DNA of 63,666 nt, counting the filler, from Platydemus manokwari (lineage: Eukaryota), in the NCBI GenBank assembly GCA_037951405.1. It is 6 parts of 6 records of this genome, joined end to end, with 100 filler letters (N's around TTAATTAATTAA, not from the genome) between each part and the next. Parts side by side here need not be neighbours in the genome. Positions count along the whole stretch, not along the records: positions 24,310 to 35,971 come from JBBMOY010539996.1; positions 36,072 to 45,454 come from JBBMOY011256097.1; 4 more parts are not named here. The stretch is one strand, 5' to 3'. Both the position numbers and the translations under genes were made by a program. The notes under the pieces are model-generated. The model had not been told where the DNA came from. It did not search any database and was given only the letters and a program-made list of their open reading frames with translations. Shown here in pieces: positions 26,060-38,533 of this stretch (the stretch's first letter is position 1; every line of letters starts with the position of its first letter).

Positions 26060-27703
26060 CTACAAATCTCTAGATTGATTTGTATCTTTTTTCCGATGAT
26101 GTTGATGATGATGATGGTGGTGCTGTTTTATTTTTGATGGTTTCTTTTGATGTAATTCCGATTCCTTTAAATCGTATTTTCTTTTCAAACTGCGTTCAAT
26201 GGAAAAATCCCAGGAATTGTTTGTATGTTCAAAATCAAGAGGTTTGGAATCTGGTGACTCGTTTGCCGGACTGAATTGTGATAATTCGGCTAGTATTTCA
26301 CCTTCAAATATTTTCACATAATTATTAGACGGTTTCGGTGACAACGATTTTCTGAATGCTTGATCGAAAATACTTTTAGTTTTGCTCAAGAACAGATCTT
26401 TAATTGATGATTTGCAATAGTTTTTGTTGGAATCGTTAATATTATTATCATCCGTTGACTTGACGATTTCTTTATTTTCAACTGATATCTGTTTATTTAC
26501 ATCGATATTTTCTTCATTGGTTCCTTTAGGTTTTTTCTTGGACTTATGTTTCGTAATTTTTCTTTTAGATTTTTTCTTGTCATCTTGATCGATATTACTG
26601 ACATTCTTATTCGGATTGGATGATAATTCACTCGTCACGGTTGAGTGGCTATCAATATTAAATGATCTTAAGTTTTGATTTGAATTTGGTTTTGGAGGTG
26701 GCGTTGAGTTGCCTTGATGTGCTTGATAGCCGCTTGGGGTTAAGCGGCCTTCTAAATAATTTCTACGCACGGAATAATCTGCTAATTCAGTGAAATGATC
26801 AGTGCGAACGAATTTCGGATCTAATTTAACAATAATTCCCACCAATCTATCGTTTTCTTCCTCTAGTAAATCCATATCCAAACGACTTCCATGTATTCGG
26901 CGAAGAACCTTATCCTTTTCCAATTGTTGCACTTCTAATCGTTCTTGAAATTTTCTTTCAAGATTTCTCTGTAATTCAACTTTATTTTGCAGAAACATAA
27001 CATTCTCTACTAATAATGTTAGAACGCTTTGGGTTCTAGTGTAAATATCCTTCAATCTATCAGCGATTTCTCCCGATTTTTTGATCAACTCAAATTCCGG
27101 CCGGTCAGCCCAAAAGAAAACGCGGTCAATCAAACCGACGTTCTCTGTGACTAGAGGCATGCAATAATTACAAACCTGAGTCAACACCAAAGTAAAGTGA
27201 AGTTGAAGATAAAATAAATCACGATAAAATTCACATAGGGGCTTCAATTTGTTTTTAATTTCTCTTTGGATTTCTTCAATGGCCAAAGCTATGTTTTCGA
27301 AAAGCGATAAATCTTTGTTTTTCATATCCGAATGTGGTGCAAGACTTGGACATTTCCGTAACACTGGCGATCTACAAATATTACGTTTCAATAAACTTTC
27401 ACCCAGATTTGACATTCCTCTTACAGCCAACTGACCAATTAAAGTTTCATTGTGATGTTGGCGAACACTCAATTTCTGTTCGGCTCCTTTTAGTTCCAAT
27501 TGCAATTCTTCAATTTCTTCATCACCAATTCTTATCTGAGACTCGATAAAATCTTTTGTGATAATTCGATTTTGTTCTTCATTAAGTCTGCGATAGTCTT
27601 CTAAGTATTTGTAGCAAAGTAGAAATAGGTCTTTATTTTGTAAAATCAACCGTAATTCGCCTTGAATGTTTGATGGATAAACCGGTAATTGGTCTGTTTG
27701 CAT
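26060..27703 (-). CDS. Uncharacterised 547-aa coiled-coil protein with Lys-rich, low-complexity, His-tract C-terminal half
   Basis: Uninterrupted 1644-nt ORF with heptad-like E/L/Q-rich segments (about aa 35-95 and 215-295), KKKSKRKITKHKSKKK and QHHHHHHQHH. A possible acceptor (acatag|GGTATG) lies just before the ATG, so a 5' exon may exist. Confidence 0.85.
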   Translation of the reverse strand: MQTDQLPVYPSNIQGELRLILQNKDLFLLCYKYLEDYRRLNEEQNRIITKDFIESQIRIGDEEIEELQLELKGAEQKLSVRQHHNETLIGQLAVRGMSNLGESLLKRNICRSPVLRKCPSLAPHSDMKNKDLSLFENIALAIEEIQREIKNKLKPLCEFYRDLFYLQLHFTLVLTQVCNYCMPLVTENVGLIDRVFFWADRPEFELIKKSGEIADRLKDIYTRTQSVLTLLVENVMFLQNKVELQRNLERKFQERLEVQQLEKDKVLRRIHGSRLDMDLLEEENDRLVGIIVKLDPKFVRTDHFTELADYSVRRNYLEGRLTPSGYQAHQGNSTPPPKPNSNQNLRSFNIDSHSTVTSELSSNPNKNVSNIDQDDKKKSKRKITKHKSKKKPKGTNEENIDVNKQISVENKEIVKSTDDNNINDSNKNYCKSSIKDLFLSKTKSIFDQAFRKSLSPKPSNNYVKIFEGEILAELSQFSPANESPDSKPLDFEHTNNSWDFSIERSLKRKYDLKESELHQKKPSKIKQHHHHHHQHHRKKDTNQSRDL

Positions 27704-30669
27704 ACCCTATGTAAGTCTTCAAGAAATGGATTTTTTTTAATTTGTATCGATTTAGAATTTTTAATTTATAATTATTTTGTTTTCAATTAACTTTTACATT
27801 TGTCGTTGGTTTAAAGAAGATTGTTTGGTTTATTATGCCTGTTAAACAATTATTAAAAATATCAATGTCATTAATGATTTTATAAATTCTAATGTAATAT
27901 TTAATGCATGACTTCTATCAGTGATATAAAAATTTATAATGTTTATAATATTTAAAAAACAAAGCTCAAAATTTTCAATTTTAATTGATAAATTCAAAGG
28001 GCCATTATCGGAAGAAACATTCCTTTTATTTAAGTTTGATTCATTGGAATTTGTTGATTATGTTAAAGTTAACCAATAATTAAACGATAAAAAATTACGT
28101 TTAAATTAAAATATTAAATCCGTTTCATTTCTCTTTAGATAAAAGCGATCTCAATTTATTACTATGAACTAACAATGAAAAAACAATTCTTGTTTTGTAC
28201 TGAAATGGTTCATGTGTTACCCAAGTGCTATCCACATACGTGTTGAGTGTTTATCTGACTTTTCTCTTCTCTTCTTCTCTTCCGGATCTTTAAGATTTGC
28301 ACTGGCGACACACATTATACGTGGATATATATATACAATTGCGACCTCACTGTCTCACTGGATTCTCTCCAGTCCAATTTGTGTGCATATATTGGATTTC
28401 TTCTTAGGGTTAAGAGGTATAGAAAGTGTTAAACTGGATTGAGATATGGTGAAATACCCCGGTGTTTATAATTTATAAGATATGAATGTTTATCGTTTTT
28501 TATATTTTTATCATTTTTTATTAACTTAATAGACCAGATATAGTGTTCTACTATGGTTTTTTATTTATTCAGGCCGTACTTCCTCTTTTAATGTATAAAG
28601 ATATAGCCATTACTGTAACAAGTGCTTATAAGGTATTTATGCTCTTTAAGTCGGCCTTTTTTATGATCAGACTTGTATTCAGGCTGACTTTCTCCCAATA
28701 TTAATTATATTTCTTCCTTGCCTTTACTATTTTTTCTTTTCATAATCAGGTTCTGGATCCGGAAATTGAATTTTATTTTCATGCTTTTCGGTTCACAGCA
28801 TATCTCTGACTCAGGCAATCAATGTATTCAAATTTCAGCTGAAGACAAGATCAACGGTTGGAGTGAGGCATATTGTTGTAAAACTTCAATGTAAATAGCG
28901 AGCTGAATAGCAATTATATAAATACATACCATAGTGCCTTTTGATTATATCGAAAATTTAGAATATACTGCCCAAACGCGAAGTTTCAACCCGATATAAT
29001 AATAAAACAATAAATCTTTTGAACCAAAAAAGTGAACAGGTTATAAAATTTCTTTTCACATACTTATTTACAACGGCCACATCGAAGATTCGATATCATA
29101 TGTTTACTAATTCCATTTTTCCTTTTATGAATGGTTATATCATTAAGTTATAATTTGTGGTAATATATATTTAAAAAACACGAAATCATAAAAAAATGAA
29201 AAATAGAAAAAAATTTCATTATTTACATAAATATTACTTACACATATATTACTTACTAACACAGATTGTAATATATTTTTAAATAATTATCGTTCGTCTA
29301 ATCTATATATGATAATGAATTAAAAAAAAATTTATTTAACAAAATATCTCGATTCATACCAATTAAAGGTATGAGTGCATCACATGTTACTGTATAAAAG
29401 ATAGTCTAACACGCGAAGATTCAAGTATGAAGAATCACATTAGTTGAACGTTAAACTTATAACGGAGTTCATTAATGATGTAAAAATATTTTTTTTAACG
29501 GAAAACTAAATTTTTCGTTGTGTGAACCTAATTGAGAAACGGAGTCAAATTAAAAGGTTTAGTTGATTTCGCTGTAATATCAAACATAACAATAATGTTT
29601 CACTGATTTGTCATTCAATGATTCATTATAGTCAATGCAAATAATCCCTTTACAACACCCAAGAAATGTAGTATACTATTGTAAAGGATTTAATTAACCA
29701 GATATTCTTTCTCAAAATAAGATTGCGGTGGAGATGAATAAGTAGAGCACTTATTGATTAAATTTAGTTATAAAGATGAAATCACTTATAATGACGGTAA
29801 CACAATAATATTTAAAAAGTGTTCTAGTTTTTGAATTGTCCAATCAGAACAGTCTTTAAAGTTTTGTGAAAACTCAGTGAGCCTTAAATTCCTTTTACGT
29901 ATAAAATATTATATAGTTTTTCCTTCCGGATAAATCATGTGTGTTCATACTCACCAATTCTTTCTTTTTATTTTTAGGATCATAGTTGCTACTCAATTTT
30001 GATTGGTAATATATATTAGTAATCCGATTTTTTATCTTAACATTATAATAAAGGTCACCATTTTTCTTTTTATCTTTATCATTATTCTCCATGACTCTTA
30101 ACAAGGACAGACTTAATGAAACATAATTAATAATTTATTTTTTATGTTATTTTTGATTTCATTTTCCATAATTAATTATTACGTTAATATTTTATGGTTT
30201 TGAAATATCTCACATATGCATTAGATGATTTCACAAGACCTCTTATAAATGTGTCTTGAATTGCAATGATAATTACAAACATTAAATCGATATTTTCACA
30301 GGTATATTCAATGATATTATTGAGATTATTAACGTGAGTGTCATATTAATATGTTATGTGAAGTGTATTAACAATTGATGTCTATTGTGATTAAATCAAA
30401 TCTCTATCTGACTCGTTATGAGCATAGATAATTACATGGTGGTATAAATCAACTTCAAATATAATATTATTGAATTCTTCAATGGCACATATAAAATATT
30501 ATCATGCTGATAATACAATTTTAATCGTACAATATGGGCAAATTATAAAATAAACCATCGTGCCCTCAAACATTTGAAATAACGGCACCTCAACGGATCT
30601 AACCGGTGTCCAATATTGTTAAAAGAAAAGCCTGAATAAGAATTTAGAAAGAGATGATTATCCAATTTT

Positions 30670-31007
30670 TCTAAAGTTGAACTTAATAAATAATGATAAA
30701 CATACTTTTTTTTTATCAAATATTTCCCAATTTGCTTCTAATATTATAAAACGATTCCCGTTAATTTTCACTAAATAGCAATTTGACCTCATTTGATCCA
30801 AATAATTACAAATAATCAAATTTGGTGAGATGTTGAAGCTCAAGTGTATTTAATATTTGATATCAAACAACTAAAATTTTCTGAAGTACTTAAATAAAGA
30901 ATTCATAATGTTTTTAAAAAATGTAATTAAATAAACTAAATAGATATTTACAATACATTCGGCAGATTTAAAACGATATTTTACCACCCCTTATTTTGAC
31001 TTAAGCT
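30670..31007 (+). mobile_element. Partial copy of the GGCTTAAG-TIR non-autonomous DNA transposon family
   Basis: Aligns by eye with 50050-50300 and 56690-56981 (tcaagtgtatttaat, aaataaacta) and ends in the right TIR ccccttattttgacttaagc. Confidence 0.7.
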
Positions 31008-31020
31008 GATTTTTAATTGT

Positions 31021-31047
31021 GTTACCATAACAGCCAATATGTAAACA
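31021..31047 (+). promoter_or_regulatory. Candidate RFX X-box, CCAAT box and forkhead site cluster
   Basis: GTTACCATAACAGC overlapping CCAAT and followed by GTAAACA within 27 bp. No confirmed target gene. Confidence 0.35.
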
Positions 31048-31557
31048 ATGAGGCCACGGTTATTAATTTGATATATTTATGATATTTAATACGATTTATG
31101 AAATGTGTAGAGTGGTATATAAATATATCATCCAATAAGCTTGCAAATATTAATGATTTTTGTAGAAAAGAAATTTTAATATATTTTAGAATCAATATAA
31201 ATATTATTGCTATATAATATCATTAAATGTCATTGGTTATTTTGCTTTTAAATAGGGCTATACAAAACAGTGATTTGAACATTGAAGAAATCGACATAAA
31301 CAATATCAAGAAATGCACAGAAATTTCATCGATTTGATATTTTAAATTATAATTATACAGGAATGACAACAAGAACTCATGAGGTCAATGAAGTGGATGG
31401 GTTGACATTTATATCATCTAATAAGCTACTTGATATTTAGAATCATTTGTAAAAAAGAAATTGTAATGTAATAGAATCAATCATTTTAAAATCAATAATC
31501 AATTGGTTTATTTTGTGTTCTTTCAAGTGACAGTAGGTGAAGCAAGATATTTATCTG

Positions 31558-31760
31558 CGTAAAACGATGTTGTTCATTTGCCGTGACTAAAAGGAAATTA
31601 TCGGTTACGAATTGCTTGAACAAAACCCAACGTTTAACGCGGAAAAGTATGTTCAACAGATAAATCGACACACCGGCTATTCAAGACTTGATGAGCATCA
31701 TAGAGATTTTTCCTTCAACAACACCGTCATCTTATCGCCAATATGATCAATGAAATCTTT
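31558..31760 (+). mobile_element. Mariner transposase remnant (catalytic domain)
   Basis: RKTMLFICRD*KEIIGYELLEQNPTFNAEKYVQQINR matches mariner KKxMLxVWWDxKGIIxYELLxxGxTINAExYxQQLxR. Followed by frameshifted HLIANM (cf. DNARPHIANM). Confidence 0.85.
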
Positions 31761-31882
31761 TAAACGCATATTATAGGAATGACAATCGATATTTGTACAC
31801 AACAAGTTGTCAGCAACACAGAAAATAAAAGTTAAATACATCGATATAATCGGAAAATAATCGAAATATAATTTTTGTTTTA

Positions 31883-32440
31883 TCAATAAGCATTCGAGTC
31901 CTTAAATTTGCAAACAATGAAAAAAACCATCAGCCCGAACAAAGTGATGTCATAATCCATATAAAAAAAGCTCAATGTCATATAATATGGAATGTCGGAC
32001 AATTTGAAACACGCGTAGATTGCAAATATAAACCCACCAAGTAAATTTAAAAGTGATAAAAAATCGATTAAATAACATTTTGCCAATAGTTGTGGCTTTT
32101 GTTTCTTCACCGATATAACAGAGCATGCTCCACTAATTATCATAAAAACACCGGCAGGAAAAATCGAGAAATAATATTTATAAATTCCTGGTAAGAGAGG
32201 ATCGATAGCAATCGTTACTATTCCGAAACAAATCATTATCGTTCCAAATATCAATTGACGAGGATAGCTCTTCAATCGAGAAATGAGATTTATTGAATGA
32301 TTTTGGGTATTATTGATGTAAATATTGGAATTACATTCGTCATCAATATAAGGTGGAGGTGGAGGCCTGGTTAATGGATCCTGATAATTACTTAAATCCA
32401 ATTCATCATATGACGGTGGAGTGAAACTGGGATTATCCAT
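31883..32440 (-). CDS. Four-TM membrane protein, MS4A/CD20-like topology, with N-terminal PPSY and PPPY motifs
   Basis: First ATG at 32440 gives 185 aa. Four hydrophobic segments: LIFGTIMICFGIVTIAI, FSIFPAGVFMIISGACSVISV (cf. MS4A WxGxxFIISG), LIDFLSLLNLLGGFIFAIYAC and ITLFGLMVFFIVC. Confidence 0.75.
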   Translation of the reverse strand: MDNPSFTPPSYDELDLSNYQDPLTRPPPPPYIDDECNSNIYINNTQNHSINLISRLKSYPRQLIFGTIMICFGIVTIAIDPLLPGIYKYYFSIFPAGVFMIISGACSVISVKKQKPQLLAKCYLIDFLSLLNLLGGFIFAIYACFKLSDIPYYMTLSFFYMDYDITLFGLMVFFIVCKFKDSNAY

Positions 32441-32619
32441 TACCAATATATAAATATGTGATTTAATAATTATTGCACTTGAATTTTTATGATTATTGTG
32501 TTTGGAAATGAAATGTGGTTTTATAATTAATTTATTTAGAATTTTGATAACACTTGAGATAACGATATACTTATCGATTATAATGACTGTTTTCAGTGAA
32601 TTTATGAAATATGTTAATA

Positions 32620-34210
32620 TTATTTATATTATTAATAAATCGATCCTAACTAATCCAAAACTTCTTTTACAAAACACCAGACGATATCCAATAATGTTGG
32701 AGAGAAATATTCAGGACCTGATTAAAGCTCATTGAACTCACCTTTAAATGTTGTCCATAAGAAAGATGGAACGATAAGAATGTTTTTAGACTTCTACAAA
32801 CTTTACGAAAAAACAGAATATTTTTCTATCACAATACTTATATTTCACAATATTCAAGAATTACTAAAATCGGCGAGCTGCGTTATGGTCGTTCCAACGA
32901 TAGTTTAGAGTCGAGAATATCATTAAGTAGAGCTTGAGGAAGACTACAAGGTTTAAAATAATTTTCAGCACTCGTCCAGGACAGTTCTGTACTAATAACC
33001 TGCTTTACTGTCTTTGATCGGCTTCTGGAACCTTTCAAAGTATTGAATTTGTAAGGAAGTCCTGGTTTATTTTTGCAATATTTTCGGATGGTCGAACAAT
33101 GGAGGAACATAATACAAGACCCAATCGGTTTCAAAGCTAATTAAACCTTCTGATGTGGAAATCAACCCAGAACTTGTGTAAACGACATTATGAAATTAGG
33201 TTAGTCCGAATATACGGTTAAGGTAAATAGACAGATTACAATGATGGCACGGTAAGTTAGATTATGGGAGCATTTAAACCTGATTCATCATGCAATTATA
33301 GCTCTCATTTTATCAAAGGCCATTCATTAATCAAAGTTTCTTTGTATTTGATGATCTGAAGAAATAATAAATTAGAATGTACCAAAGCTCACTTGAAAGT
33401 ATATCAATGGTACCTATTTTATCTTTTCCAAATACATTCACATAGATTATTTTAGGTATCGATGTACGCTTTAAAGTAATTATGTGTTCTAAGTCATATA
33501 TATAGTAAGAAGTTGAGAAAGTTGTATTCTATTCATATAAAAGTCAGTATTTGTAAAAGAATCAGTTTTTGTAATAGCAGAAAAAAACTTTGTGGCTCTT
33601 TGTTAAATCTTCGTAATTCTTACTACTCAAAATGGGTTGGCGTATATCAAGAAAACCAATTGACTAATCAACCTTTAGCTTCAAACATGGTTTCCAAATC
33701 TACTTTTATTCAATTTCGAACTCCAATAACAAAAAAAAATCAACGAAACACAAAATTTATATAAAGTTTTCTGTTTGAAATGCTTAACTCTGCGCCATAA
33801 CTCTTAAGAAGTCAAATAGAAAAATCGCTTCATCAACACTGATATGTCCTCAACGACCATCACAGATGAAGTTAGAAGATTCAACAAATCGTCTCAGTTT
33901 TTAGTTTGATCCTTAAATACTTACAGTAAGTGGAAGATGGAGTCAAAATAGCAATCAAGACAAGTAATACTATTCCAATTTACTTAAACACGAATAATTG
34001 GAAGAAAAAATAATGTGTAGTACGAATGGAAAGCAGTTCATTTTTATATCGAATATCGATTCGTATAAGATAACAAGATATCTTCATGAATAGTTATGTC
34101 AGGTTGGTAGTGAGGAATTAATCGATCGCATTCAAAATATATTTACTTCTTTACAGAACTCTGAAAAGTTATATTTGTGTAAAACAGAAGATGTGCACTG
34201 GTCGAAATAA
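32620..34210 (+). mobile_element. Decayed Ty3/Gypsy pol (RT, RNase H, start of integrase)
   Basis: VHKKDGTIRMFLDFYKLYEKT from 32753 (cf. VKKKDGTLRMCIDFRKLNxxT) and VPILSFPN..IILGIDV from ~33410 (cf. APILAFPD..FILDTDAS). Many stops and frameshifts. Confidence 0.75.
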
Positions 34211-35971
34211 AGAAAATATGATTCTATAAATTTCTTCAGTGCTATATTTATTTAATAGTATTGTCATCATACGGACTATTGTCATCATTATTAATTAGCT
34301 AGCCATATTCGATGTGAGTTATTCGATTAGAATATTTCGGGTAGTTGACATAATTCTTTATGTGACAAAATAGAATCATCAAGCTCAGCCTCAATCTCAA
34401 CAATATCATCTCTATCATCCCTATATCAAAAGATCAAGCTCCAATCACCTCATCAATCAACCTCCTCCTATCAGAGTCTGCAATCCAGAAGGAAGATAGA
34501 CATGGATGAGTGACAGAGACTATGTTTTACTTTTAGCGATTATTCTTTTGTGATTTTATCTTATCGTTTGTGAATTTGAATTTTGCAGGACTTATTTATG
34601 TGAAAATCGTAAATAATATCAATAAAAATTATAAAACTACAAAAAATTATATATTACAAAAAAACAATAATTATGAAAACCACAATAATTATATTTTTCA
34701 AATAATAATAATAATAATAATGATAAAAATTATTGTGAGAAGTAATAATAATATAAATGATAATTGTAGGTGAAAATTAATTAATTAAAATATGGGAGTA
34801 TTTGTGGGCGAAAACTGGAATTATAAAAGGCAAAGATTATGAATAATACGGGCGAAAAATACATGGAAAATATTAGTGTTGGCGGATTTGAAAAATATTT
34901 ATCCAAAAATATATATCCAATAGGGAAAAAGAAAATAATAATTAAAAACGGTTATTCAGATACCGTCCTAGAAAACATTATATAAGGAATGGCGAAGCCA
35001 CTATTTTCACTTACAAATTTTTCTCTCACAAAAGTTGTTAGACGACACTAAAAGGATTAAAAGGACTAAACTATTTGAAGAAGGATTATATAAAAAAGTG
35101 ATACGTTAAAACGACAAAAGATAAAAAGTGTGATTACGATATATAAAAGAGTGTGATTTGAATTTTCTGGTTGAAAGATAAAAATAATTAAAAGGCCCGC
35201 CCATATTATAAAATATATGATGTCTCAAATTTATATATCAACGCAAAGGAGGTTCGTTATCGGAGCCTTCTCTTGTTGAGCACTCATTTCTTAACCTGCG
35301 TGTTGTATAAACTGAAATTTTGTTTGTTTAAATAAATAATTTCGTTTGAATTTTAAAGGGATTTTATTGTAGTCAAGTTTTGTGATGAAGGAAAGAATAA
35401 ATTTTTATTGTTATAATTCTTGAATCTATTTATTTGATTATAATCATAGGAGTACACACCTCCCTGATTGACATTGCGCTTCAACCGGTAGTAACGAACT
35501 CACATATATATATAGGTTGATTTCAGAACCCTAAACCACAGTATATCGAAAAAATCAAATTTTAATCAATCACAAAGAAACAATCATCTAAGTTATTCAT
35601 TTAGAGAAATTGAAAATATTGATTTTGAACAAACATACAACAAGAAATAAAATCGAGCGACTACTTTGATTGGATTGTATTGAATGAAAATCAATTTTAT
35701 TAAATCCAATGTTTGATTTGATAAATCAATATTTGAACTCGATTTGAGTTCTACAAAATTATAAAAATATTATATTTCAACCTCATTCATAATTGTTACC
35801 CATTCAAGTCCTCCAGATTGTGTTGAATATCAATATTTTGGCTATATAATAGCATTAAACAGTATTAGTTATTTTAGAAACAATTATCGGTTGGTTTATT
35901 TTGTGTTCTTTCAATAAATTCTCGGTTCTGAAAGATCGATTTGAAAAATATTTATATAAAAATCTTAACTA

Positions 35972-36071
35972 NNNNNNNNNNNNNNNNNNNNNNNNNNNNN
36001 NNNNNNNNNNNNNNNTTAATTAATTAANNNNNNNNNNNNNNNNNNNNNNNNNNNNNNNNNNNNNNNNNNNN
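35972..36071. other. Artificial assembly spacer
   Basis: 44N-TTAATTAATTAA-44N. Confidence 0.97.
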
Positions 36072-36116
<45 letters not shown>

Positions 36117-36147
36117 CATTATTATTATTATTATTATCATTATTATT
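36072..36147. repeat. (TAT)n microsatellite at contig end
   Basis: About 25 tat units abutting the gap. Confidence 0.95.
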
Positions 36148-36725
36148 GATTTTAATAATGACAAAAACATTTTATATTGATATTTAAATCAGAGTTCATT
36201 TTTAATATGAATTAATCTTAAAAACTGAAATCATTTAAGTTAATTTCTATGGTAAATGTAACGAGACAGATCAAGACCAATCAAATTCAATAAATAAATG
36301 AAAGCATGGCATAAATACTCACCAAAATAAGCAAAATCTCGCATAAAATAGAGCTTTAAATCAGAATACAAATTTACATGATCAATCCAGACAGTTAATC
36401 GGTAAGCCAGATATATTTAATCCGGACCAAATCAATAAATAGTAATTAACAAATTACCAATCCATTCTTCTGTGGATTACTCATTCAGATAATTCGATTG
36501 CACTTCAATTCTACTTCGTGCTTTCCATCGGACAACTATTTTTCAGAATATAACTATTTTAAGTTGTCAATTAGTTATAAAATTCTTTGAATAAAGGCAT
36601 ATTTACAATTTCACTTTGTAAAATAAATTGACCGTTTCTGTTATTTTACGACAAACTCAGTCGAATGCTATTCGTTATTTTAATTATTCTTGTTAAATAA
36701 ATTAAAGGTTTTAAAAAGAAATTTT

Positions 36726-37322
36726 GGCAAAAATTAATAAAAAAAATCCTAACAATTTTTTTTAATTTGTTGAGTGTATTGCAAAATTATATATAGTTTA
36801 TTTAAATATATTCTTTAAAAACATTTTGAATTTTTTATTTAAGTGTTTAAGAAGAATTTTAGTTGTTTGAAATCAAATATTAAATAGACTAAAGCTTAAA
36901 AATATCATAAAACTAAGGGTCAAAGTAGATCGAATTGCAATTTATTGATAATTTGCTGTGAACCCTTTTTTAACATTAGAAACAAATTGAGAGATATTTT
37001 CAATGTTTACAATTATTTTATAAAAATAAGCAATGATATTATTAAACATGTCTGTAATTAACTAACTCGATTTATCATTATAAAAATTTAAATTTAAAAA
37101 ATCAAATAATTATATGGAAGTGTTGTGATTATAATAAAGGAACTTGGTCTTAAAACTATGTTTTGTCACTATTATACATCTTAAAAATGAGATATTAAAT
37201 GAATTATACGAATAAATCAAACATAGCAGTTATATATAAAATTAAGTTATAAAATTAATTTATGCGCGAAAACTCATTACAAACGAAAGTAGGTCAAAAG
37301 ACTCTTTTTCTTAACTTAAGCC
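36726..37322 (-). mobile_element. Full-length inverted copy of the GGCTTAAG-TIR element
   Basis: Ends agtaggtcaaaagactctttttcttaacttaagcc, the reverse complement of 56402-56438 with few mismatches. Degenerate TSD gaaatttt / gaaaatgt (6 of 8). Confidence 0.75.
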
Positions 37323-38533
37323 GAAAATGTATTTATATAAAATAATATATAAATAATCAAGTTTGATTGGTTCGGTTAAATATACTTTTGTGGTTTGAAG
37401 TTCTTAATTTCTTTTTCAAATGGTATTTTTTGAAATATTATTATTGTTGTTAATGGATTGTCCATGACGAACAAAATATGAATAATTTTGTACTTTCAAA
37501 ATTATTAAATCAACTCATCACACATACATATCAATATATTCAATATCAAAAAGAAATCAAATATTTATAATTTACAATAAGAAACATTGAAAATAAACTT
37601 TTTAATTAAATCGCTACACAATAATAGAATATCATGTAAATTATTGCTAAAATATTATATTAATTTCTAGCATGAATAATTGGGACAGAATTATCGGGAA
37701 TTCATAGCTGGTCGAGAAATAATAGTACAAATTAAATTGGAAATTCACAACTGGTGTCACTTACCCCGAGCAGCTAATAATTGTTAAAGCAAATATATTA
37801 ATGGAATTTATCGAAACAATATTCCACTTGGACAATTATCAGTTGAAAACTGACATGTGTATTTCGAGAAACGTTTCTGATGGACTATCAGGAATGTTCA
37901 CATGATGCACACAAGGAAACGTAAATTTCATTAAGATTTTTTACTTGTTTGAGTTCAAGCGATACACACACAAATTTATGCGTGTGTGTGTGTAGAGTAA
38001 TAACAAACCTGTTGGGATGACTTATTCGTAAGGATCGATTAAAAATGCATCAAACTATTTATTATATTGCAACATTATATCAGATGAACCATTATGCACT
38101 TACTCATCGATGAGTCTACCGTTAAATTTTATTTTTTTCCATATATTGTTTTTGGGTTAAACCATACTCAAAATTCTGATGACCGACAGACCTCTTTGTT
38201 TGGTGGCGTTTGTTGCAATCAGATCTTTTCTAGATAAAACCCGCCACTTCTTTCGGCTCCGATTTAATGCACACACGCAACCTTGACCTATTTCTGATGT
38301 CTAGACATTTGCTCACGCCATAAATACACTGTAAATACTATTTTTATTGGTATTCTTATCGTTATTATAATTTATGTTAAAGACCACTTGTATACAAACT
38401 TGGTCTACGTTTGTGTCTAGGATGGATATACGCCGTGGGTAATTGTTTATACTGAATGATAAAATCTAATGGAATTACATTTTTCTATAAGATTTTAATT
38501 AGTATTGGTTTTTAATTGAATTTCGATTTTATT

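Noticed and set aside
28873-29075. Short solo LTR (TGTTGTAAA...TTTACAACG)
   Set aside because: The 3' end is not CA, there is no target-site duplication, and no second copy was seen in the window.
31600-31886. ORF 31698-31886, or a TGA-readthrough tail (ISLIILAIR*RCC*RKN), as an extension of the tetraspan gene
   Set aside because: The opposite strand is clearly a mariner transposase remnant, and all confident genes here use standard stops.
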